From contig NC_068983.1 in assembly GCF_001194135.2 (NCBI RefSeq), positions 151,337,125 to 151,401,124 of the forward strand: a DNA stretch of 64,000 nt, read 5' to 3'. A program made the position numbers and the translations under genes. Below are positions 49,557 to 61,491 of the stretch, one piece after another. Each line of letters starts with the position of its first letter. Position 1 is the stretch's first letter. A model generated the notes under the pieces. It did no database searches, was not told the DNA's origin, and worked only from the letters and a program-made list of their open reading frames with translations. Origin of the DNA: Octopus bimaculoides (Eukaryota).

Positions 49557-50813
49557 AATCCATTCTACTACAAGCGAAAAGCCTGAAATTTGAGGGGAGG
49601 GGGACTGGCCAATTACACCGACCTCAGTGCTTAACTGGTACTCATTTTATCGCCCCACCCCCCACCCACGAAATGATGAAAAGCTAAGACGACCTCGGTT
49701 GCAAATGAACCCAAGACGAAAAAACGAACGAAAATGCCGTTAAGATTTTTGTCCGGCGTGCTAACCATCCAGCCATTTCGCCGCCTGAACAATAACTGGC
49801 ACAAGACCAGCAATTTCAGGTAAGGGTAGTTTTGGGGACAGGAGATAAGTCGATTACATTGACCCCCAGTGTTCAACTGGTACTTATTTTATCGACCCCG
49901 AAAGGATGAAATGTAAAGTCGACCTTGGCGGAATTTTTAGAGGCAGGCGAAATAGCGCTAAGCATTTTTGCCCGGCCTGCTAACGATTCTGCCAGCTCGC
50001 CGCCTTAATAAAAATAATAGTAAAGGCACAAGTCCTGAAATTTGGGGGAGGGGAGTTCTCGATTACATCGACGTCAGTACTCGACTGGTACTTATTTTAT
50101 CGATCCCGAATGGATGAAAGGCAAAGTTGATCACGGTGGAATTTGAACTCAGAACGTAGCGACGGGCGAAATACTGCTAAGCATTTCGTTCAGCATGTTA
50201 ACTATTCTGACAGCTCGCCGCCTTATATTATAATGATAATAATAATAATCTTTTCTGCTGGAGGCACAAGGCCTGCAATTTTGGAGGAGGGGGATAGTCG
50301 ATTGCATCGACACCAGTGTTTCACAGCTACTTAATTTACTGACCCCGAAAGGATGAAAGGCAAAGTCAACTTCGCTGGAATTTGAACTCAGAACGTTGCA
50401 GTAGACGATTCTGCCTGCTCCCCACCTTAGATAACAATGATAATAATAATTCTTTCTACTATAAGCACAAAGACCTGAAATCTGGTGGGAGGTGACCAGT
50501 CAGTTAGATCGACCCTAGTACGCAACTGGTATTTAATTTATCGACCTCGAAAGGTAAAGTCGACTTCGGCGGAATTTGAACTCAGAACGTAAAGACGGAC
50601 GAAATACCACTAAGCATTTTACCCGCCGTGCTAACGTTTCTTATTTCTTTATTGCCCACAAGGGGCTAAAAATAGAGGGGACAAACAAGGACAGACAAAG
50701 GGATTAAGTCGATTAGATCGACACCAATGCGTAACTGGTACTTAATTTATCAACCCCGAAAGTATGAAAGGCAAAGTCGACCTCGGCGGAATTTGAACTC
50801 AGAACGTAGCGGC
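49557..50813 (-). mobile_element. Stack of six co-oriented SINE B copies
   Basis: Heads end CGCCGCCT or CCCACCTT at about 49786, 50007, 50226 and 50428. The fifth copy (about 50440-50636) is cut in its head by a B1-tail copy (50637-50813) that runs into the gap. Confidence 0.88.
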
Positions 50814-51261
50814 NNNNNNNNNNNNNNNNNNNNNNNNNNNNNNNNNNNNNNNNNNNNNNNNNNNNNNNNNNNNNNNNNNNNNNNNNNNNNNNNNNNNNNN
50901 NNNNNNNNNNNNNNNNNNNNNNNNNNNNNNNNNNNNNGTGGTGGTGGTGGTGGTGGTGGTGGTGGTGGTGGTGGTGGGATGATGAGTGATAATGATGGTG
51001 TTGGTGTAGTTGTTGTTGTTGTTGTTGTTATTGGTGTTGGTGAAGATAGACACTGATAATACTGTTGCTGATAGCCTTAATATTAAAAGCCTGCACCGGC
51101 CGTAGATCACGTTGAATTTGACAGCTTGCCACGCACAGCCAACCACTTACACACACAAGTGCTCACACACTTGCAGACAGACATTCCTTCAAACACCACA
51201 TACACAAGCAAACTCACAAACAAAAAAGCATATATCTTAATCAACATTAAGTATCATCAAC

Positions 51262-51262
51262 C

Positions 51263-51312
<50 letters not shown>

Positions 51313-51533
51313 GTCTTCGTCTTCGTCGTCGCCGTCATCATCTTAGCATACATCATCATCAGCGTCATCACAGCCATCAGCGCTTTAGTCACCACAACAA
51401 CTCTTATCGGGAGCAGAATCATCATTACGGTCTTTTGCATCGTCATCTTCGCCGTCGTCATTTCATCATCTTCATCATCACCATCATCACCGTTGTCGTC
51501 GTTGTCGTTGCTACCACCACCACCACCACCACC

Positions 51534-51588
<55 letters not shown>

Positions 51589-52462
51589 CCATCGTCACTA
51601 CTACTATCATCACCATCTTCATCATTATCGTTTCATCATTGTCGTCGTCGTTGTTGCCATCATCTTCGCGTCGTCATTTCATCACCACCATCATCATCAT
51701 CATCATNNNNNNNNNNNNNNNNNNNNNNNNNNNNNNNNNNNNNNNNNNNNNNNNNNNNNNNNNNNNNNNNNNNNNNNNNNNNNNNNNNNNNNNNNNNNNN
51801 NNNNNNNNNNNNNNNNNNNNNNNNNNNNNNNNNNNNNNNNNNNNNNNNNNNNNNNNNNNNNNNNNNNNNNNNNNNNNNNNNNNNNNNNNNNNNNNNNNNN
51901 NNNNNNNNNNNNNNNNNNNNNNNNNNNNNNNNNNNNNNNNNNNNNNNNNNNNNNNNNNNNNNNNNNNNNNNNNNNNNNNNNNNNNNNNNNNNNNNNNNNN
52001 NNNNNNNNNNNNNNNNNNNNNNNNNNNNNNNNNNNNNNNNNNNNNNNNNNNNNNNNNNNNNNNNNNNNNNNNNNNNNNNNNNNNNNNNNNNNNNNNNNNN
52101 NNNNNNNNNNNNNNNNNNNNNNNNNNNNNNNNNNNNNNNNNNNNNNNNNNNNNNNNNNNNNNNNNNNNNNNNNNNNNNNNNNNNNNNNNNNNNNNNNNNN
52201 NNNNNNNNNNNNNNNNNNNNNNNNNNNNNNNNNNNNNNNNNNNNNNNNNNNNNNNNNNNNNNNNNNNNNNNNNNNNNNNNNNNNNNNNNNNNNNNNNNNN
52301 NNNNNNNNNNNNNNNNNNNNNNNNNNNNNNNNNNNNNNNNNNNNNNNNNNNNNNNNNNNNNNNNNNNNNNNNNNNNNNNNNNNNNNNNNNNNNNNNNNNN
52401 NNTCATCATCATCGTCATCGTCATCATCATCATCATCGTCATCGTCATCGTCATCGGCATCG

Positions 52463-52513
<51 letters not shown>

Positions 52514-52635
52514 CTTTCACTTATACTAACAACTTCATGATAATTATGAAGCCTCCTTATCACAACCACCAACGCCACCATCACTTAATTACCACCGCAA
52601 CCACCATCTTCCTCCTTCTCATCGTCTTCCACATC

Positions 52636-52691
<56 letters not shown>

Positions 52692-52700
52692 CACACTGAG
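51262..52700. repeat. (CAT)/(CAC)/(CGT) triplet arrays spanning an N gap
   Basis: Directly visible. Confidence 0.9.
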
Positions 52701-52971
52701 GTCGATAACCTCAATTGATATTCACAAATTGTATGCCGTGCCTAGAGACAATCGCCATATTGGATATTGCTGAATACTTCACTCTTAATATCGTGATGAG
52801 TTCTTGAAGTTAATCTCGTAGAGCAAACGACATAAAGATCTATCGCAAAATTCCTTCAGCATCTCTATTCTGCGAGCTTGTGAAGGAGACCACTGCATGG
52901 TCGCTTGATCTACTAAAATTAGCAACCAATATCCTATTAGGATCACTATTCGAAAAAAAAAAAAAAAAATA

Positions 52972-53167
52972 TAGGCGCAGGAGTGGCTGTGTGGTAAGTA
53001 GCTTGCTTACCAGCCACATGGTCTCGGGTTCAGTCCCATTGCGTGGCACCTTGGGCAAGTGTCTTCTACTATAGCCTCGGGCCGACCAAAGCCTTGTGAG
53101 TGGATTTGGTAGTCGGAAACTGAAAGAAGCCCGTCGTATATATGTATATATATATATATATATATAT
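52972..53167 (+). mobile_element. SINE family A, young 5' half; internal (TA)n runs into the gap
   Basis: GGCGCAGGAGTGGCTGTGTGGTAAGTAGCTTGC...GGGTTCAGTCCC...GCACCTTGGGCAAGTGTCTT...GGAAACTGAAAGAAGCCCGTCG. Confidence 0.92.
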
Positions 53168-54221
53168 NNNNNNNNNNNNNNNNNNNNNNNNNNNNNNNNN
53201 NNNNNNNNNNNNNNNNNNNNNNNNNNNNNNNNNNNNNNNNNNNNNNNNNNNNNNNNNNNNNNNNNNNNNNNNNNNNNNNNNNNNNNNNNNNNNNNNNNNN
53301 NNNNNNNNNNNNNNNNNNNNNNNNNNNNNNNNNNNNNNNNNNNNNNNNNNNNNNNNNNNNNNNNNNNNNNNNNNNNNNNNNNNNNNNNNNNNNNNNNNNN
53401 NNNNNNNNNNNNNNNNNNNNNNNNNNNNNNNNNNNNNNNNNNNNNNNNNNNNNNNNNNNNNNNNNNNNNNNNNNNNNNNNNNNNNNNNNNNNNNNNNNNN
53501 NNNNNNNNNNNNNNNNNNNNNNNNNNNNNNNNNNNNNNNNNNNNNNNNNNNNNNNNNNNNNNNNNNNNNNNNNNNNNNNNNNNNNNNNNNNNNNNNNNNN
53601 NNNNNNNNNNNNNNNNNNNNNNNNNNNNNNNNNNNNNNNNNNNNNNNNNNNNNNNNNNNNNNNNNNNNNNNNNNNNNNNNNNNNNNNNNNNNNNNNNNNN
53701 NNNNNNNNNNNNNNNNNNNNNNNNNNNNNNNNNNNNNNNNNNNNNNNNNNNNNNNNNNNNNNNNNNNNNNNNNNNNNNNNNNNNNNNNNNNNNNNNNNNN
53801 NNNNNNNNNNNNNNNNNNNNNNNNNNNNNNNNNNNNNNNNNNNNNNNNNNNNNNNNNNNNNNNNNNNNNNNNNNNNNNNNNNNNNNNNNNNNNNNNNNNN
53901 NNNNNNNNNNNNNNNNNNNNNNNNNNNNNNNNNNNNNNNNNNNNNNNNNNNNNNNNNNNNNNNNNNNNNNNNNNNNNNNNNNNNNNNNNNNNNNNNNNNN
54001 NNTTTAAATATGCTTCTGAAAGACACAAGCACAAAAAAAAAATTGAAAATAAAAAATAGATAAAATAAAAACAAATTTTAAGATGTGGAATAAAACAGAA
54101 ATACAAGTGGTATATTATTACATGGACAGCGAAGTTCAAGGACATTTCTAAATCCTAGTGCATACATAGATATTAGAGGCAAAAGGAGGACAGGGAGGAA
54201 CAAAAGAAGAAAAAGAAGAAG

Positions 54222-54302
54222 AAGAAATAGAAGAAGAAGAAGAAGAAGAAGAAGAAGAAGAAGAAGAAGAAGAAGAATAAGAAGAAGAAGAAGAAGAAGA
54301 AG
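54222..54302. repeat. (GAA)n microsatellite
   Basis: Directly visible. Confidence 0.95.
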
Positions 54303-54789
54303 ACCTCGTGTCTCACCACATATTTCTGTATTTCATATTAAAAAAAAAATATCTATCTTCCCACATTTTTGCATTTTATTTATCCTACTGCTTTGTTTAA
54401 AGCCAACAGCAGATAAAATAATGGTTGTTTGGAGAGTCGTGTGGATTCATTTCTTAAATCCTTAGTAGTTATAATAGATTTCCTTCCTCTTTCTCCTCCA
54501 CCTCACGAAAACAACATTCACACTTAGAAACGTATAGATATAAAGGGACGGCCATATTAAAGTCTTGTGCGGCCATCTTACCGTAGCTTGTATTGCTCTG
54601 CAATTTTTCGCTCAAACAGCAATGACAAAGCATTCCTTTAGGATAGGGCGGTGGGGGCTGAAACAGAATGTGGGGGTCTCAATCTTTTTGATCGTACACC
54701 GACAATGTTGTCTGAGACGGAAAAAACATATGCTCTACCATTTTGTGTTCATCCTTCTATTTATTTTGTTTGAATCACACACACACACG

Positions 54790-54830
<41 letters not shown>

Positions 54831-55283
54831 NNNNNNNNNNNNNNNNNNNNNNNNNNNNNNNNNNNNNNNNNNNNNNNNNNNNNNNNNNNNNNNNNNNNNN
54901 NNNNNNNNNNNNNNNNNNNNNNNNNNNNNNNNNNNNNNNNNNNNNNNNNNNNNNNNNNNNNNNNNNNNNNNNNNNNNNNNNNNNNNNNNNNNNNNNNNNN
55001 NNNNNNNNNNNNNNNNNNNNNNNNNNNNNNNNNNNNNNNNNNNNNNNNNNNNNNNNNNNNNNNNNNNNNNNNNNNNNNNNNNNNNNNNNNNNNNNNNNNN
55101 NNNNNNNNNNNNNNNNNNNNNNNNNNNNNNNNNNNNNNNNNNNNNNNNNNNNNNNNNNNNNNNNNNNNNNNNNNNNNNNNNNNNNNNNNNNNNNNNNNNN
55201 NNNNNNNNNNNNNNNNNNNNNNNNNNNNNNNNNNNNNNNNNNNNNNNNNNNNNNNNNNNNNNNNNNNNNNNNNNNNNNNNNNN

Positions 55284-55540
55284 TAGCTGGGCCCCGTGCC
55301 GTCAGAAATGACGACAAATTGTAGTATTTTATACATAAATAAGGTACAATAATAATTCTTTTATTACTAAATTTTTAGTGAAAAATCTATCCGCAACTAA
55401 CATCCTTTCACTGCTTGTTTCCTTCAAAAGAATTTTCAAGTTTTCCTTCCTTCTTGTCCGACTTAAGGCCACATAAAGCTGGCCGTGACTAAATACGGGA
55501 GCTGGCAAGTAAATACCAAAGGCAGTGTTGAAACGTTGTT
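55284..55540 (-). mobile_element. Helitron 3' end: Pif1-family helicase C-terminus plus terminal hairpin
   Basis: GIYLPAPVFSHGQLYVALSR..ENLKIL..TKNLVIKELL* is the canonical Pif1/Helitron helicase end (motif VI). It is followed by the hairpin TGTCGTCA-TTTC-TGACGGCA (55297-55316) and ...CAGCTA at the gap edge (expected CTAG). Confidence 0.85.
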
Positions 55541-56547
55541 TGATTTTTCTTTTCAGCGTTGAATGTTCACCATCCCACTTGTATTGCACACACACACACA
55601 AAACACACACAAATACACACAAATATTCACATACCTCCCTTTTACATACACGCATATAAACTCACACCTAAGGTCTCAAAATGACCCTTTTCGTTGAATT
55701 ATGAGCACAGAAATCCTCCGTTGAACCAATACTAAGAGCATTGAATCTAGCTTATACTGGTTCAAAGAAGACGGCTGAGGCATACAGTGCACGTCTAATT
55801 TTCCCTTAGGATAATCTACGACGAGGGACATAGAAGTCTATGTAAAGCATGTAGACAAAAGCTGCATCCGCTAAAAGACGACCTAAATTTATTTCATGAA
55901 GAGCAGCATAAATTCTTCAAGAATGAAAAGTATCGCTGCAGATTGTTTACTCTGGCGGTTTCAGCAAGGAACAAAGAGGCATGTAGCCAGATAAACCCCA
56001 AGATTTATATGATCCACCTTCGATGGACATTCCGCTTCAAGGATTGCGAGATACAGTCTTCAAAGGGCGTAGAAATGAAGATGTTCACCATCTGATATCA
56101 TTGGTAATCGTTAGTAAACCAGTGTGTGAGTGTCTGTATGTACTAGTATATATATATATGCGTATGTGTGTGTGTGTGTGTGTATGTATGTACGTGTGTG
56201 TGCCTGTGTGAGTTTGTGATTGTGTGTGTGTATGTGTGTGCGTGCATGTTTGCAATGAAGAGAGATGATCAATGCGTATCTATATGTTTTTATGCCATCT
56301 TATTGCAATATTAGAAAAGTTGTAGCTAAAAAAACACTTGGAAGTATATAATTTATTTCCGTGATACAATTAAACGAAATAAACTAAAATCTAATTTACA
56401 CCCTACGATAATATATGAGTGGGTGTGTTAGGGCTGTGTTTATATACAAATATTCAAGCATCTATATATCTACATACATATACATCTATATATAAGTATA
56501 CACAGACACACATATGTACATATACATACATATGCATCCATTCAACC

Positions 56548-56753
56548 CTTTTACTTGTTTCAGTTATTTGACTGCGGTCCTGTTGGAGCAGCAGCTTTAA
56601 TCGATCAAATCGACCCCAGGACTTATTCATTGTAAGCCAAGTACCTATTCTATCGGTTTTCTATTGCCGAGCCGCTAAGTTACGGTGACGTAAACACAGC
56701 AACATCGGTTGTCAAGAGATGGTGAGGGGCCAAACACAGATACACACACACAA

Positions 56754-56785
<32 letters not shown>

Positions 56786-56787
56786 AT
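56548..56787 (-). mobile_element. SINE family A 3' half
   Basis: CTTTTACTTGTTTCAG..TTTGACTGCGG...ATCGACCCCAGGACTTATT...CCGCTAAGTTACGG.GACGTAAACAC...CGGTTGTCAAG. Confidence 0.88.
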
Positions 56788-57435
56788 NNNNNNNNNNNNN
56801 NNNNNNNNNNNNNNNNNNNNNNNNNNNNNNNNNNNNNNNNNNNNNNNNNNNNNNNNNNNNNNNNNNNNNNNNNNNNNNNNNNNNNNNNNNNNNNNNNNNN
56901 NNNNNNNNNNNNNNNNNNNNNNNNNNNNNNNNNNNNNNNNNNNNNNNNNNNNNNNNNNNNNNNNNNNNNNNNNNNNNNNNNNNNNNNNNNNNNNNNNNNN
57001 NNNNNNNNNNNNNNNNNNNNNNNNNNNNNNNNNNNNNNNNNNNNNNNNNNNNNNNNNNNNNNNNNNNNNNNNNNNNNNNNNNNNNNNNNNNNNNNNNNNN
57101 NNNNNNNNNNNNNNNNNNNNNNNNNNNNNNNNNNNNNNNNNNNNNNNNNNNNNNNNNNNNNNNNNNNNNNNNNNNNNNNNNNNNNNNNNNNNNNNNNNNN
57201 NNNNNNNNNNNNNNNNNNNNNNNNNNNNNNNNNNNNNNNNNNNNNNNNNNNNNNNNNNNNNNNNNNNNNNNNNNNNNNNNNNNNNNNNNNNNNNNNNNNN
57301 NNNNNNNNNNNNNNNNNNNNNNNNNNNNNNNNNNNNNNNNNNNNNNNNNNNNNNNNNNNNNNNNNNNNNNNNNNNNNNNNNNNNNNNNNNNNNNNNNNNN
57401 NNNNNNNNNNNNNNNNNNNNNNNNNNNNNNNNNNN

Positions 57436-57493
<58 letters not shown>

Positions 57494-57988
57494 TTACCAA
57501 GCAATGTATTCAGTAAAGAGCATAAATTTTTTTCCCTTCTTTATCTTATCTCTTCACAAATCTCTCGTATTTTTCTTTGTCTCTCTTTACTTTTCTCTGT
57601 CTACATTTACGTTTTTTTTTCCATTTTAATTACTTGGTCTTCTTACACTGCACCAATATTTCGAACACACACACACGCATGCACATGTATTTGAATGCGT
57701 ATTCCACCATTCGTGCATCCTCCTTTCTTGTATCCATTCACTCATTTACCTTTCCCTCTATTAAAATTAATTTTACAGCGATTTTAAGAGAAAAGTCCTC
57801 CACCTCCTATTCCATCAAAAAACTATTACACATTTTTGTGCTAATAACTGTTTGAAAATATAGGCAATTTGATGAAGCGATACATATACATCTATATACA
57901 AGTTATGAATGTGCACAGGCATATACAAAGATCTATACATATTTATGTTTGTATATGTATATGCACGAATATCTATCTATCTGTCTAC

Positions 57989-58044
<56 letters not shown>

Positions 58045-58060
58045 TTCTCTCTCCATATAT

Positions 58061-58138
<78 letters not shown>

Positions 58139-59724
58139 NNNNNNNNNNNNNNNNNNNNNNNNNNNNNNNNNNNNNNNNNNNNNNNNNNNNNNNNNNNNNN
58201 NNNNNNNNNNNNNNNNNNNNNNNNNNNNNNNNNNNNNNNNNNNNNNNNNNNNNNNNNNNNNNNNNNNNNNNNNNNNNNNNNNNNNNNNNNNNNNNNNNNN
58301 NNNNNNNNNNNNNNNNNNNNNNNNNNNNNNNNNNNNNNNNNNNNNNNNNNNNNNNNNNNNNNNNNNNNNNNNNNNNNNNNNNNNNNNNNNNNNNNNNNNN
58401 NNNNNNNNNNNNNNNNNNNNNNNNNNNNNNNNNNNNNNNNNNNNNNNNNNNNNNNNNNNNNNNNNNNNNNNNNNNNNNNNNNNNNNNNNNNNNNNNNNNN
58501 NNNNNNNNNNNNNNNNNNNNNNNNNNNNNNNNNNNNNNNNNNNNNNNNNNNNNNNNNNNNNNNNNNNNNNNNNNNNNNNNNNNNNNNNNNNNNNNNNNNN
58601 NNNNNNNNNNNNNNNNNNNNNNNNNNNNNNNNNNNNNNNNNNNNNNNNNNNNNNNNNNNNNNNNNNNNNNNNNNNNNNNNNNNNNNNNNNNNNNNNNNNN
58701 NNNNNNNNNNNNNNNNNNNNNNNNNNNNNNNNNNNNNNNNNNNNNNNNNNNNNNNNNNNNNNNNNNNNNNNNNNNNNNNNNNNNNNNNNNNNNNNNNNNN
58801 NNNNNNNNNNNNNNNNNNNNNNNNNNNNNNNNNNNNNNNNNNNNNNNNNNNNNNNNNNNNNNNNNNNNNNNNNNNNNNNNNNNNNNNNNNNNNNNNNNNN
58901 NNNNNNNNNNNNNNNNNNNNNNNNNNNNNNNNNNNNNNNNNNNNNNNNNNNNNNNNNNNNNNNNNNNNNNNNNNNNNNNNNNNNNNNNNNNNNNNNATAA
59001 ATACATATGATATAATATAATATATATATATATATTTAATGGTTGGAGTAAAACACATATTTTATTTTGTCCGAGTTATTTATTAATTAGGAGAAAATAA
59101 ATACATATGATATAATATAATATATATATATATATTTATATGCATATATATTTGTGTGTGTGCATGGATCAAACTGTTTTGATCCATATATTTTGAGTGC
59201 CCCTCTTCTGTTTGTCCACTCACTCGTACACACACACACACACACACACACGAACATACATCTTACAAGGGTGTATGGCTTGTTGATATATAATCCATGC
59301 ATTCGCTAAGTGTTCAAGAAGTTTCAATCAGACATAGACACGCTCTGGGTCCCTATACACTCGAAGCAGAAGTAAATCCACGATGTAACAGCTGGAAGAG
59401 CAGAATCCTGGAACAGCGGTCTGGCTGATTATCATTGAAAGCCGCGTTGACTAAAACAACGTGTAATGAAGTATCTTGCTCAAGGGCACGATGCATCACA
59501 CGCTCCAAGAATCTTACAATCTCTTAGATGGTTTGGCTGTAGATTGTGAATCTCTTAGGCCACTTGCCTTCGCTGGGTGTGTGTGCGTGTGTACGTACAA
59601 ACACGCGCACACATACAAAGGTGGACTTAGAGATAGCACACCAAAACTTAATGCCGGCTACTAGGGACTTCCACGTCGTGAAAGGTAGAAGGACGTGCGC
59701 GCGCATACAACGAGTTTTCATACA

Positions 59725-59782
59725 TTTTTCCAAGATTCACTCACAGGGTCTTGGTTGTCTCAAGGCTATAGTAGAAGAGACA
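59725..59782 (-). mobile_element. SINE family A internal fragment
   Basis: CCAAGATTCACTCACAGGGTCTTGGT..CAAGGCTATAGTAGAAGAGACA. Confidence 0.6.
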
Positions 59783-59919
59783 TAGGAGTCATAACTTCCC
59801 TGAAGATCCTGTGCACCCACAAGGAGAAACTCAGAGTAGCGAGAGACACATTCCACCAAAATAAAATATATTATTAATCTCTACAACAGCATTGAGCGAT
59901 CATTTTACCATTGCTATAG

Positions 59920-59986
<67 letters not shown>

Positions 59987-60465
59987 NNNNNNNNNNNNNN
60001 NNNNNNNNNNNNNNNNNNNNNNNNNNNNNNNNNNNNNNNNNNNNNNNNNNNNNNNNNNNNNNNNNNNNNNNNNNNNNNNNNNNNNNNNNNNNNNNNNNNN
60101 NNNNNNNNNNNNNNNNNNNNNNNNNNNNNNNNNNNNNNNNNNNNNNNNNNNNNNNNNNNNNNNNNNNNNNNNNNNNNNNNNNNNNNNNNNNNNNNNNNNN
60201 NNNNNNNNNNNNNNNNNNNNNNNNNNNNNNNNNNNNNNNNNNNNNNNNNNNNNNNNNNNNNNNNNNNNNNNNNNNNNNNNNNNNNNNNNNNNNNNNNNNN
60301 NNNNNNNNNNNNNNNNNNNNNNNNNNNNNNNNNNNNNNNNNNNNNNNNNNNNNNNNNNNNNNNNNNNNNNNNNNNNNNNNNNNNNNNNNNNNNNNNNNNN
60401 NNNNNNNNNNNNNNNNNNNNNNNNNNNNNNNNNNNNNNNNNNNNNNNNNNNNNNNNNNNNNNNNN

Positions 60466-60514
<49 letters not shown>

Positions 60515-60613
60515 CACACACATACACACACACTCACATATGTTATATATATATAGAAAGAGAGACATTGTGTGTGTGTGAGTGTGGAGGAGGTGAGAGA
60601 GAGAGAAATAGAC

Positions 60614-60650
<37 letters not shown>

Positions 60651-61358
60651 TAGAGAGAGACAGAGAGAGAGAGACACAGACAGAGAGGGAGAGAGCGAGC
60701 GAGGAAGAGAGAGTGAGAGCAAGAGAAGGTGAATGTACAAATATATTCTTCAGAATTGAAATGAAATAGATTCGTGAAGTAATCTCTTGAGCCGCCGAGT
60801 GCTTATCACTTACTGTAGAGTTCTTACGACTTTTCTGCGTGTATATTATACTTTATAAGCTGCATGTCTTGGAAATAATTACTTCGCATAAAGGACGGTA
60901 GTACAATATAGTAATAGATACTGAAGCGCAATGTGAGTGAAGTGAAGTAGGGTTAAAAAGAAATAGAACTCTATAGAATTAATGGAGAAAGGGAGAGGGA
61001 AGAGAGAGGAAGTGAGTGAAAGAGAGAGAAAGCGAGAGAGAGAGAGAGAGCTTAGTGAAAAGACAGCACAACATACAGGTAAGGGTGTGCAGCTAAGAGA
61101 GTTAAATCTTCGGGAACATATATGATATATAATACAGATTATTGTATAAATAAAACTTCCTTGCTTTTAAGTGTGAAGAAATGAAAAAAAGGAGGAAGAA
61201 GAACGAAATGAGGAGCACAGACAGATGGTGGTTTATAGAAGGAGGTAGATGGATATAGGGGGTAGATGGGGCATAGTTAGATAAGTAAATAAACAAATAG
61301 GTACATAGATACACAGCCACACGTATTGAGAAATAGTTATAGATAGAAATTATATATA

Positions 61359-61385
61359 GACAGACAGATAGATAGACAGACAGAC

Positions 61386-61418
<33 letters not shown>

Positions 61419-61437
61419 TACAGACAGACAGACAGAC

Positions 61438-61489
<52 letters not shown>
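61359..61489. repeat. (GACA)n/(GATA)n tetranucleotide array
   Basis: Directly visible. Confidence 0.95.
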
Positions 61490-61491
<2 letters not shown>

